This document shows positions 12,600-64,000 of a stretch of DNA of 64,000 bases, one piece after another (within the stretch, counting starts at the first letter, position 1; each line of letters opens with the position of its first letter). The stretch covers positions 1 to 64,000 of the forward strand of contig NW_021835969.1 in the NCBI RefSeq assembly GCF_006345805.1. Direction: 5' to 3'. The position numbers were made by a program, and so were the translations under genes. The DNA is from Octopus sinensis (taxonomy: Eukaryota). The notes under the pieces were generated by a model. That model saw only the letters and a list, made by a program, of their open reading frames with translations, made no database searches and had not been told where the DNA came from.

Positions 12600-12790
12600 C
12601 ACCAGCAAAAAAATTTTTTTCCTGTGTCTTCCCTTCTCGGGATCTTTCCTTCTCCTTTGTTTCCGACGAAGAGCTCCGCTCGAAACGTTAAACCCTCCTT
12701 CCCTTCTTTCCTGAGCGTCAAATAATACTTTAATTGTTCCACGTCCTCGCGTTGCTGTGTTTTTTCTGTGTTTTCTTGTTTGGATTAACT
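12600..12790 (+). mobile_element. Short PLE terminal repeat (same family as 5652-5860)
   Basis: Near-identical reverse complement of 5652-5860, ending in a (TA)n run. Confidence 0.65.
12659..12693 (+). ncRNA. Candidate minimal type I hammerhead ribozyme (U4C core variant)
   Basis: GTTT-CCGACGA-A-GAGC-TCC-GCTC-GAAAC-GT-T-AAAC. Stem I is GTTT/AAAC, stem II is GAGC/GCTC, stem III is the palindrome ACGT, and the cleavage triplet is GUU. Confidence 0.55.
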
Positions 12791-12829
12791 ATATATATAT
12801 ATATGTGTACACATGCATGTATGTATGTA

Positions 12830-13395
12830 TGTGTATGTCAGGTCACTTTCGAGTGTTACTGGTAACATGTAACCCAGTATAACCTGTTGCATGGTCAGGT
12901 CATTGGCGACTAAACCGGCAACCCCACCAAGCTTGCTTGGTGAGGAGGGTGTTTATTGGACACCCTGCCGGATGAAAAACATAAACCTGCAAAGGGCGGA
13001 GGAACTCTTGAGAGTCAACGGCCATCCAATAAATGTCTTAAGGCTGTATCATGCGCGGGGACATAGAAATAATCGGACTGAATACCCGATCGCGCTGTTA
13101 AACCATTGGGAGTGAAGGACTCCTAGCCTTTGTTAGGGCATCCTTCTAGGAGAAGGTAACTCAGGTAACTGGGATAACTCCAACACCAACATAAAAACCT
13201 GCGGCTCAGTGGTTACCGATGATGTCGACTTGCTTCTTTTCGGATTATGGCTACTGTTGCTTAGAAAGTGGGATTGATTCAGTGCACAACCTTTCCTCAC
13301 TTTAAAAGATATCTTCTTGCACAGGCATTGCACGATAACAACATTGATTAAGCTTCGTGCAATGGCCATACTCGATAACGAGGGGGCAGCCACCA
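12830..13395 (+). mobile_element. Probable 5' UTR fragment of an RTE-like LINE
   Basis: GC-richer, hairpin-rich island. The motif GGGAGTGA...GACTCCTAG...CTAGGAGAAGGTAACTC resembles the 5' end of the RTE at 3000-3091. Family assignment is inference. Confidence 0.4.
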
Positions 13396-13441
13396 TGTAT
13401 GTATGTATGAATGTATCTATCTATCTATATATATATATATA

Positions 13442-13519
<78 letters not shown>

Positions 13520-13521
<2 letters not shown>

Positions 13522-13937
13522 CATTTGGATATCGGAACCTAAATCTTTTTCAGTGTGTGTGAGCGCATCCGATCTCAGCGCGCCAAAGTGAAGGCATTTG
13601 AAAGATACACAAAAATATAATCGGTTGGACTCCATGCAGGAGAGACTCCGGTCAAACGTTTTTGCATCTAGTCCTGCAAATTGTATTCTTTTGACAGACT
13701 ATGCTGACGAGATTACAGTTTATCCTTGCGGATATTAATAATCGAAACTGATTCAGTACATGGGTAATCATTTTTATTTCGTATATTTTCATTTGTCTTG
13801 CTTATTATTAATGCTTTGGTTTTGTGCTGAGTTTTTATTTGAGAACATATTCTTTGTGGAAAATAGCGATTTGACGTCTATATCTAGCATGTTGACCGGC
13901 CACTTTTTGAGTGGTCAGTCCTTTAAATTTTGTATGT
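13520..13937 (+). mobile_element. Non-coding PLE terminal repeat: hammerhead followed by a sequence homologous to the foldback arm
   Basis: 13770-13937 aligns by eye with 6890-7047 (…GCTGAG…GAGAACA…CCACTTTT…GTGGTCA…AAATTTTGTATGTA). Confidence 0.65.
13699..13763 (+). ncRNA. Candidate type I hammerhead ribozyme
   Basis: CTATG-CTGACGA-GATTA...(TATCC/GGATA hairpin)...TAATC-GAA-ACTG-ATT-CAGT-A-CATGG. The core is complete, three stems can form, and the cleavage triplet is GUA at 13756-13758. Confidence 0.78.
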
Positions 13938-13991
13938 ACATATCTATGTAAACACATGCAAACATAAAAAGACACCCATTCGCACACACAG

Positions 13992-14027
<36 letters not shown>

Positions 14028-14129
14028 GTGTGCGCGCGCGCGTATGTGTGTGTTTGAAATTAAATTCGAGCAAACACCGACATTTTACTCAATAACACAG
14101 AGAAACAATCAATGTTTTGTTTAGAGTAT

Positions 14130-14379
14130 GCTTTAATGAATTAGATTAATTTATTCAATTAATAAAAAGACAAGAGGAAACGAAATTATGTTAATATAAT
14201 AATATGTAAGAGACATATTTGGATGACGAGATCGTCTTTTCCGTGAAGATGACCCGGTGTGGAAGTTACGTAATAAACGGTGAGTCAGGTCATACAGAGA
14301 TCAATCAGACGGACGATGTCATGCCAGGAATGTGATCGACAGAGATGTTCTGCTGTGAATATTTTTTAATTCGTTAGAA

Positions 14380-14390
<11 letters not shown>
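14130..14390 (-). CDS. Candidate terminal exon of the EMI/EGF gene (phase 1: A-I-V-stop at 14382-14380) plus 3'UTR
   Basis: Strong acceptor TTTTTTTATTTCCTTCTTATTTTCAG (AG at 14392-14391), then CT ATC GTC TAA. AATAAA at 14155-14150 is followed by a U/G-rich stretch. Confidence 0.55.
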
Positions 14391-54276
<39,886 letters not shown>

Positions 54277-54336
54277 TGAATAAAGGGAAATTACTATAAA
54301 GACAAACAAAAGAGCTATGAGAATGACCGTTAAATA

Positions 54337-54542
54337 TCTATATATATAAGGCTGAAGTTGCCTGTGTATATGCCAGGTTTAGTAGACTTCAACTAACACT
54401 ATCTCCTCCGAGACCCTGCGGCGCAAGTTGACCAAAATTGAGAGTATGAGAGAAGAAGGCTTGCTCTTCATTCCCTAGAACAAGAAGTTGAAATCGGACC
54501 ATGTTAACACCAAAAATTAATTTACATAAAAAAGGTGCTTTC
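54337..54542 (+). mobile_element. 5' part of a second non-autonomous Helitron family
   Basis: A|TCTATATATATAAGGCTGAAGTTG start resembles the 5' end of the 53570-53871 element (TCTTTATATATAAAACTGAAGTTG). No 3' end. Confidence 0.6.
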
Positions 54543-54544
54543 AT

Positions 54545-55865
54545 AGAACCATTGCCAAATAGAACGGAGGAAAGGCGAATTTATCCGGTCTTACATCAAA
54601 ACACTGGATTACATAATTGAAAATTATTGTGGCAAGGCTGATGAGTATGAAGAGGTCTAAAAAGAGAAGGAAGCCGGAAGTCTCTGTGATCCAGGGGTTC
54701 CTCAGGAAAATGAATCACCTACCCCGGGGAACGACCAGGTAGTGAAGGATAGGGGAGCCAAGGGAGCAGAAACCGGGAGCCCCCCCCCCCCATGTACCAG
54801 TGGTCCTACAAAGAAATGAACAATTAGAAAAACAGAAGAAAAAAGGAAGGACCGAAAACAAAAATAAGGAGGGAAAAGGAGGAAAAGGCAAAACAACCAA
54901 AGCTGAAACCCCAACCCACCACACAAACAGCAGAGAACCCCATGGAGGATCCAATGCCACCCAGTACACTTCAGGAAAGAAGAAATCTAGAAGGCACCGA
55001 AGAACCTGTAAATTCTACCTGCGGGGCAAATGTTGGCATGGTGAAGACGGCAAAAACTGCCGGTTCGCCCACCCGACACCCCGCCAGAACTTCAGGGCAC
55101 TCAAAGAGAAGAGCTTTACTGAGGGAACACAAGAAATGTCTCTCAGGAAAACTTCCAAAAACGAATGCGCTCCTCAGATGTTCTGCGCAACGCAGCAGCT
55201 GAGCAAGAGTCTTTTTTATGCATGGTGCAAAGAATTGTCCGGCAGCTAACCTGGCTACACCAAGCACAGAGAAGGAACCCTGCCCACCACTATGCAAGAC
55301 CACCAAAGTCAACAGACACGGGATGGCTTCCCCTAACGCCTGCACAGCCGCCACCCCAATACTTTTACTAAATATTGCGGGCCTGTTGCATCAAAATAGA
55401 AACAAAATTTCTTTCCTGAGAGATCTTACTGCATGCAATCAAGCCCTATGCATAGCACTTGTGGAAACTCACCTCAACCCTGATATAGAGGACGCAGAAG
55501 TACACATACCAAACTATGCCATACTGCGAACAGACAGAAGGGAAAGGAGCCATGGTGGAGTTGCTGTATAAATCCAAGATGACCTCACACCCCAGGTCTT
55601 AATGACATACTCAAATTCGGTATGTGACAGTTTAATTGTATACATAAGACAACATAATATAGTCATATGCAATACATATTGCCCACCGAATGCCCCAAAG
55701 TTAATAGATGATATGTATCGGGAAAAATCTCGGGACCAGCTGATGCCAGTTTCGTCATTAGAACTGGAACAATCTGCTTCAGTAGTAATCAATATAACAG
55801 TAGCAGACACTACTGAAGAAGGTTCACAGTCACAAGACCTGCCCAGGGAGAGACCACCGATAGAC
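54545..55865 (+). mobile_element. CR1/Crack-like LINE 5' part: ORF1 with a CCCH zinc finger and the start of APE, frameshifted
   Basis: CKFYLRGKCWHGEDGKNCRFAHP; LLNIAGL...ALVETHL...LRTDR...HGGVAVY...YCPP. Confidence 0.85.
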
Positions 55866-56149
55866 TATATATGCACGACTCGTATATAATTATTTCCGTT
55901 GGATTCGACTCTCGGAAACATTGAACAACTAATGGTATTTGCATACGCATACCGGCATTAATGTTTAAACTACACGAAATTTTACAATTTTAAAGTTTAT
56001 GCTCTTAAAACTTTATATTTACATGTATGTGCAGCTTGTTGACAAGCATTTCTTATTAGCTTTGACGTCAAAATTTTGCAGTTTATCACTGAGCAATCCC
56101 CAAACCTTACAAATTTGAATACGAGTAAGAATATGTAATAAACATGCAA

Positions 56150-56187
<38 letters not shown>

Positions 56188-56799
56188 AGATATGTAAAAT
56201 TCCACAAATGCGGATAATACAAAATATGTGTTGAATACATGAGACTCCAGAATCAGGTTTATACGACCAGAATGTACACACAAAAATGTGTACATTTTTT
56301 TACAAGTGTATACACATACGTCTATACACATGTGTGTGTGTGTGCTTTTTTGTATGCATGTATACGTATGTGGATGCGTGTGTATGCACAGAAAAGCCAC
56401 ATAATGACATAGACTGAAACAAAATATGTGCACTAACCCATGATTATACACACAAAATACTGATTATATTTATAGAAATATTATTGTTTTCCAATCAGCG
56501 ACATTTGTTTTACATTCGAACTGCGCCGTATTTATATTTTGGTCTACGATGAATATTTGCATAATAAATGTCTAAATTAAATTACAGAAGTTCATGTTCA
56601 ATACAATAGTTAGCTCAATAAACGCCAGTAGTTTCGTCGTAAACATTATTATTTAGCCTCAAAAGGCAATTCATGACTACACATTTAGTGAATATATGGT
56701 CCTTAAGTAGGAGGTGCCCTTATTTTATGAAATGGAAATCTGTCTTTTATGGTGCTCCTGATTTTTTATCCTATTTAGAACTACAAATAACTATCCAGT

Positions 56800-58000
56800 A
56801 CTAAATACGCGCTCTCGTAGATATACTCCCACTCTGATAAAAGACTAACCCTGAAATATATTTATGGTAATAACAAAGAATGTTATCAAGGGGCCATGCC
56901 TGCGATTATGTTGAAAAAGTAGATTTGTCTCGCTTTGTGACAAATAAATTCGTGAAATGAAAACCCATCTTCTTAACTGTTGCCAGTAAATATTCTGCTG
57001 TATAAAGAAGATGGTTGCACTCTTCTATAATTGTTGCTCATGTTCTATTTAGTAAACTCTTCAGGGGTCTGAGGTTTCGTTCTCACATTATAATACTCCA
57101 AACGTTCATCACCAGAATATGAGGTGGAATTCCACGTGGATTTTGTTCATTTAACAACTCCACTGGAAAATCTATAGCTCATCTTCCTCATTCAAATGAT
57201 CATCATCTTGATCATGAAAATCCTCACAATCCCCTCCACCTCATCATCTTCGTTATCATCGTCATCAATATCTGCATCCTCGTCGCTGCATCAACATCTT
57301 CATCGTAGTCATCTTCACTGTTGTCATCGTCGTCGTAGTCTTTTTCCTAGTTGTCGTCATCGTCATCAACAATTATCGAATCATTGATTTTATATATTTT
57401 CTTGATAGACCCGGTATATGAGCTGCAGAATATCATTGTTAAGTTTCAATGTTTCACAAACTTTCGAAGTCAGCACAATCAGGTAGATTCCCAATGTAAG
57501 TTATATAAATCAAAAGAGGCAGTTTGTTCATCATTGATGATGTAACTGAATTTACAATAAATAAAGTTGACTACATCACCGACAATCATTGCTTATGGTA
57601 TGGCAAGCATACAATCATTAAGCCCAGCATTGTAAGTGAAAATAACATTCTAATATTCAAGATACAAATATGAAATCCTTCTTGCTCGCATTTCCCATTT
57701 TTACTGGGATGAAGAAGATTTTCACATATCTCTATAACGGCCAACTCTTCGTGCAGTATTTTTATATTAACATTGCTGAATCTTCGAATTGCATTAGCTG
57801 TCTTGTGAAAGTCATCTCCAAATATCAAAAGCTTTTCATTAAATAGATGACCATTTTACATAATTTCCTTTAGAAGTTTCATCGTTAATACGAAATGTGT
57901 TACTTGATAAGGTAGAGGATTTATCAACAATGAATGGTGGGTTAGTATTTTATCCTCGGTGCAAAGTTGGTCTTACCGTAAGCAGGTAATTGACTTTACA
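56800..58000 (-). mobile_element. Highly degenerate Helitron PIF1-like helicase remnant
   Basis: Minus strand FPVELLN...GIPPHIL, LLIFGDDFHK (compare GGDFRQ) and TINIFQG (compare TINKSQG), with many stops. Confidence 0.65.
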
Positions 58001-58039
58001 ATCCCAAATGATGAGAAAATCAATATGGAAACTATACAG

Positions 58040-58330
58040 AAAATAGCAAAGTCCCAGGGTCTAGCCATTCAGTTATAGAGGCTAGGAAATGTGTGGATAA
58101 AATGTATCCCTGTAGCTATAAGTGCATTACGAATTATCCCTAAGGGTTTCACAAAGAAATAGAAAAACTAGGCGTAAAACCTACTTTAGTGCAGCTCCAG
58201 GAAACCGTGTTATTAGGGACAGCTAGGAAACTTAGGAAGGTTCTTCGCATATAAGGTTACTTGCTGTAGCCCGATGTTAGGAACTTTTCTTGTTCCAGTT
58301 TAATCTGTTGTGCGTAGAGGAAATAATAAT
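58040..58330 (+). mobile_element. Degenerate Dong/R4-type 3' end
   Basis: ...LQETVLLGTARKLRKVLRI*. Confidence 0.65.
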
Positions 58331-58339
58331 CCTTACTTC

Positions 58340-58474
58340 TAAATACAAATGGGCTGTTTTTCTCCTAATTTTGGTGGTGGGGACTAGATGATTACATCGA
58401 CCCCAGTGTTTAACTGGTACATAATTCATCAACCCCGAAAGGATCAAATGTAAAATCGATTTCGCCGGTCTTAA

Positions 58475-58475
<1 letters not shown>
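58340..58475 (-). mobile_element. OK-type SINE body fragment
   Basis: Homologous to 50494-50600. Confidence 0.65.
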
Positions 58476-58523
<48 letters not shown>

Positions 58524-58974
58524 TGAACTAAAGGTACAAAGCCTGAAATTTCGGGGCTGAGGATATAATAATATATCAATCGTAATGCAAGGCATCTATT
58601 TTCATTGATACATCAAAATTGTGACATATGAAAAGAACGGAGTGAGAAAAAATTAGAGACTTACCTAAGAAAAAAGGCAATATTCGGTAAAAAAATATTT
58701 ACTCTGATGGTTTGCGTTCGCTACTTTTAATAAAAATTGAGAAATTAAAGTAATGCATTTCTTTTATAGCACAGTCAAGCAGGATCTAACTTCTGTCAAC
58801 CAATGAAATTTACGAATCATTTTTATGAGTCGTATACATTTTTAATTGCTTTTCTCAATCGATTTCACCTCTCACCACATCTCTTTTGACACAACGCCTT
58901 ATATATGCTTCTTTTCATGCATACATACATACATACATACATACTACATGCATACATATATATATTATACAAAC

Positions 58975-59036
<62 letters not shown>

Positions 59037-59776
59037 GCACACACACACACACACACATTATATATATATATACATGTATAAATATATGTATGTATGTATG
59101 ATCATATATCTAGATCTATGTGCTGGGTATAACTCAAACTGCATCCAGTAGTGGTGTTTTGTTCGGGAGTTCCAGAGTTTGTGGAATCTGGAATCACCTC
59201 GGAGCCACTATAGTCCCCCGCGCTACTCTGATCCGGACGGAGTTGTAGCAAAGGTCAAGGTCCAAATATAAGTTAACTAATATAAGTAATGACATTGTAT
59301 CGGAGCGCGGAAATGCAGAAATAACCTTGGTTGATGTCACGGCATGCAGTAAAACCACTAAAAAGGACGGATCACTTGGTTGCATCAGAGGTGCCTACTG
59401 ATGGAAAACCTGCTGTTTGACCTGATGAAAAGTCCTCTCTGTTCGGTCTGCCACTAGGTTCTAGTCACAGAGACTCAGAGTGGTACTGGTATTCTACAGG
59501 TGCCTCTCTCTATAATCAAATGATGCACAGTTATGTCTTTAAGATGACCACATTCGGCATTTCATCTGCTGAAGTGCCTACGGTGGTGGAAGAATGGACG
59601 CGCACGGTAGGCTACAACAACTTTCGTCTCTCACCTACGCTTCAAAGAAGGCAGATCGGCAGAGAGACTAAATTTCAACTGAGAGGTCATGAATGGAAAC
59701 ACAGAAATGCCTTTGACAAACAGGAAGCAAAAGAAAACGGCAAACATCTGCCAAGGTGGAGCAATCATCTTATGTG

Positions 59777-59851
<75 letters not shown>

Positions 59852-59852
<1 letters not shown>

Positions 59853-62690
59853 TTAAACGGCAGTTTGTCTGTCTGTGTGTCTGTGTGTCTGTTTGGTTGT
59901 ACCCTCACTCTGACCACGGCTTTCAACCGATTCTGATGAAACTTGACACACACATAGCCCAATGTCATAATTCAAAACTAACGCAGCGAAAATTTTGAAA
60001 ATTTTGAAAAGTTCCCTCAGTTCTGAAAAAAATCGATAAATTCGACATGGGGTCGAGAATCAGAAACACAAACCACAGACTGTCTAGGGGGCGCAACTCG
60101 ACCTTTTTAGCTCTCAACTACATCAATATCCAGCTACTTGAAGCTATTCCTGGTGATGTCCACGTCTACAAATCTATTGATAGGACAGCAGACCCCGCAG
60201 AGCTTGCCGATTATCCTGTTGAATTCCTGAATTCACTTGAACCGCCAGGCCTGCCGCCACACATCCTGAAGTTAAAAGTCGGTGCGCCCATTATGCTCAT
60301 CAGGAATTTGGTTCCACCTAAACAGTGCAACGGCACACGTTTGGTTGTGAAACATTTGCCACCACATTTAATAACGGCCACAATACTTACGGGTTGTGGG
60401 AAGGGAGAGGACGTCTTTATCCCACGGATGTACCTTCAACCGTCGGGCGCTGACCTACCAATCCACTTCAGGCGTTCTCAGTTTCCTGTTAAACTCTGCT
60501 TCGCAATGTCCATCAATAAATCCCAAGGCCAAACGCTACAAGTCGCTGGGTTACAGTTGGGCGAACAGTGCTTCGCCCACGGTCAACTCTACGTGGGCTG
60601 TTCACGCGTTGGGAGGCGCAATGATGTTTTCATGTTTTCGCCCAAAGGGACATCTAGGAACATCGTATACACAGAAGTATTCGAGTGAAGAGAAGACATT
60701 GCAACCTACAAAATCGATAAACTCGGTATGGGGTCGAGAATCTAAGCTTTTTATATGCAACACATTTTCTATGGTAGTTTTCGCAACTTGCAATCGATTT
60801 TCACAAAACTCATGGGGAAGCTTAATGTTACCCTAAGAAACTCAATTCTGACGTTAGTTTTCCATGCAATACCTTACCATCAGAAACAATCGATAAAATC
60901 ATGCCATTTTGGGAAATCGCGTTCAAATTCAAGATGACATATTTTCGACAATATCTTTCACAAATTGGCAGGAATTTTTTTTTTAAATTCACAGCGAGCA
61001 TCATGTCTGCTCCAAGGAGCTATATGGCCCTTTTTATTCCAATAGGATACATTATTGGAAAAAATCGGTTAATTAAATCATATGTGGCACACATAGCAAA
61101 CCGATTTGTGTATTAAATACAAACCAGACTGTCTAGGGGACGCAACTCGACCTTTTTAGCTATCGATAATTCGATCCAACCAATTCCTACCAGGAAGAAA
61201 TTACATTCGAGACTTCACCCCCAACACCGCCACTTCTGCTAATAGCTGCTGCAGCCGCAAGTTATTCGAATACTTTTTTTGTTTACACTTTCTTTATAAC
61301 TACAACCCCAAACGTTTTACCTTAAATTTTTGACGTACCCTAAGGGTCCTCGGACTCTACTTGCAAACTCTTGGTTTATTATAAGCCGCTTTTGTCGTGT
61401 GCAACACAAAAACTTTTCCATTCGTTTGTTCAGTTTGGTCACTTTTGGCTTTTTCGTTGTTGTCACTCACATTGCTGCCCGCTTTTTTGCCGTTTTTGTA
61501 CATTTTTATACATTTTGGGATACTTACCCCACGTGCTCCTTTTTATTACACCTTTACCAAACACATTGCTATCCACCAAAATACTTACCCCACGTGTTCC
61601 TTTTTATTACACCTTTGCCAAACACATTGCTATCCACCAAAATGCCACCCAAGAAGAGAAGGACCCTTCTCAGACCTCGGACGGCCAAGGCATCGGCTGC
61701 TAGGGCTAGAAGGGCACGCGAGATCCACGATAAAAACCGCCTTGCGCCTCTCGCAAAAAGCTTCCCGTTCTGCCGCTGCTCAGGCATCTGAAACTACTAG
61801 CGACCGTTCTACCCGACTTGCAAGGGTCGCAGCGTACAGATCTTCCTTCCGCTCGAGGTTGACGAAAGAGCTTTGCACCATTGTCGACACTCCAGCTAGC
61901 CTCCGGGACGCTGTCTTCCACGACCTACAAAATAATTTACGCGACCTAATATGGCTGGCAGGCAGAGCTATTCTCGCACCCAAAAATACAACCGTCAACT
62001 CCATCAATATCCAGCTACTTGAAGCTATTCCTGGTGATGTCCACGTCTACAAATCTATTGATAGGACAGCAGATCCCGCAGAGCTTGCCGATTATCCTGT
62101 TGAATTCCTGAATTCACTTGAACCGCCAGGCCTGCCGCCACACATTATGAAGTTAAAAGTCGGTGCGCCCATTATGCTCATCAGGAATTTGGTTCCACCT
62201 AAACAGTGCAACGGCACACGTTTGGTTGTGAAACATTTGCCACCACATTTAATAACGGCCACAATACTTACCGGTTGTGGGAAGGGATAGGACGTATTCA
62301 TTCCACGGATGCACCTTCAACCGTCGGGCGCAGACCTACGAATCCACTTCAAGCGTTCTCAGTTTTCTGTTAAACTCTGCTTCGCAATGTCAATCGATAA
62401 ATCCCAAGGCCAAACGCTACAAGTCGCTGGGTTAGATTTGGGCGAACAGTGCTTCGCCCACGGTCAACTCTACGTGGGCTGTTCACGCGTTGGGAGGCGC
62501 AATGATGTTTTCATGTTTTCGCCCAAAGGGACATATAGGAACATCGTACATACAGAAGTATTCGAGTGAAGAGAAGACATTGCAGCCTCCACATGCACCT
62601 TCGTTCCCTGGAGGGAAAGGACTACATTGGGATTCATCGTCGCCTACTAGGGGCTCTTACATACCCGGGCAACGCCGGGCTATACTGCTA

Positions 62691-62691
<1 letters not shown>
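59852..62691 (+). mobile_element. Internally deleted Helitron carrying two copies of a PIF1 helicase C-terminal segment
   Basis: 3' hairpin CCCGGGCAACGCCGGG plus CTAG|T (62688-62692). YPVEFLNSLEPPGLPPH...NGTRL...FAMSINKSQGQTL...HGQLYVGCSRV at 60122-60688 and 62001-62569. MPPK N-terminus at about 61642. The 5' TC is obscured by (TA)n. Confidence 0.9.
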
Positions 62692-62733
<42 letters not shown>

Positions 62734-62849
62734 CATAAGTTTAAAGTTTATGAAAGCTCACCGTGTTTGGTCAATTATAAATAATCCATATAAATATATG
62801 GCCCCGACGGAAAAAGTTAGTGTTTCCCGTACAAATATATACATACATA

Positions 62850-62880
<31 letters not shown>

Positions 62881-62974
62881 ATTTGAGAGAGAGAGGGAGA
62901 GATAGATAGATAGATACGTATATTTATGTTACCCTACCAATATCACAAGAAGGCTGTCAATATATACATATGCT

Positions 62975-64000
62975 TGCGCGCGGAAAATAACTTCTTCGCC
63001 TTCAATGACAACTTCTACCGACAAAAATCGGGGACTGCGATGGGTACACGAATGGCCCCCTCCTTTGCCAACCTAGTCATAGGATATCTAGAGATCAGTC
63101 TGTATCGTAAGGTTCTAGAAAGATATGGCAGCCCTTTCTCCATCTACATAGAAAACAACTGGAAGAGATATCTAGATGACTGTTTCATCCTTTGGCATAA
63201 AAATATAGAAAAACTCATAGAATTCCAGGAAATTTTAAACGGACTGGACGTAAACATCCAATTCACGATGGAATATAGCCAGCAACAACTCCCCTTCCTC
63301 GATATCCTCATTAAGAAAGCTAATAATATAATAGAAACAGACATATATTATAAGCCTACAGACTCTAAGCAATATCTTCCATTCAATTCATGCCACCCCA
63401 GACACACCAGGATGAATATCCCCTTCAACCTAGCAAAAAGGATATGCACTATAGTCTCGAACGCAAACACCAGAGACACACGACTACAAGAACTAAAAGA
63501 TACCCTTATCACCAGGAACTATCCACCTTCACTTATTGACAAGTGCATTCAACGTGCCCTTCAACTTAACATCAAGGAACTGAGACATCCCAAATCAAAG
63601 AAAAACTTACAACCAAAAACCTTACCATACATCTCCACACACAACCCTCTCAATAACGAAGCCTTCGGCACCATCCTCCACAACATACCCCTCCTAAAAA
63701 AAGACCACAGAATGAACACAATCCTCCAAACACACACGATCATAAAAAGCAAGAGACAGCCTAAATCCATGAAAAGTCTCCTAACACAAGCCCGAATTCA
63801 CTCTTCAACACAGAAGCCGACAGTAAAAAAATGTGGAAGACCCAATTGCGGGATATGCGACTATCTAATTGAGGGATCAGAGTTCTCCTTCAAACAGGGA
63901 CAACGGTTTACAGTGAAAAGCAACTTCACATGTGCTTCGGAGAACCTAATATACTCACTAACCTGCTCCGGGTGTCAAGAGCAGTACACAGGCCAAACAA
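62975..64000 (+). mobile_element. 5'-truncated Penelope-like element, RT C-half to GIY-YIG, open to the window edge
   Basis: Frame from 63001: FYRQKSGTAMGTRMAPSFANL...WKRYLDDCF...LPFLDIL...YYKPTD...SCHP...CGRPNCGIC...NLIYSLTCSGCQEQYTGQT, with no stop in about 330 codons. Confidence 0.93.

Noticed and set aside
59520-59760. Possible RTE-type RT C-terminal remnant
   Set aside because: Only faint similarity to the G.R.RGRP..RW motif; too degenerate to call.

Overview
AT-rich, microsatellite-dense eukaryotic DNA. The tRNA-derived SINE heads and the repeat landscape suggest an octopus or other coleoid cephalopod; this is inference, with no database search. Most of the window is transposon debris: an RTE LINE, several Penelope-like elements (PLEs, four of them carrying hammerhead-ribozyme-like motifs), a full-length mariner, Gypsy LTR pieces, about 13 Dong/R4-type or TAA-associated retroelement copies, CR1-like LINE pieces, Helitrons and SINEs. 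One spliced minus-strand gene, largely missed by the ORF track, runs across about 40 kb (ca. 54276 to 14130). It has a candidate signal-peptide exon, two exons forming an EMI-like/CCxGW domain, a 33-bp linker exon, thirteen 117-bp phase-1 calcium-binding EGF exons and a short stop/3'UTR exon, giving roughly 600 aa. Each EGF exon sits in a ~235-bp cassette bounded by (GAT)n and (TAA)n microsatellites, and the TAA tracts are packed with co-oriented Dong/R4 retrotransposons. The array shows recent cassette duplications and almost exclusively non-synonymous variation, including four alternative residues at a predicted O-fucosylation site. The first EMI exon carries a lesion in this sequence (an in-frame TGA or a 1-bp frameshift). 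All exon calls were made by eye from splice signals and reading phase, without transcript evidence.
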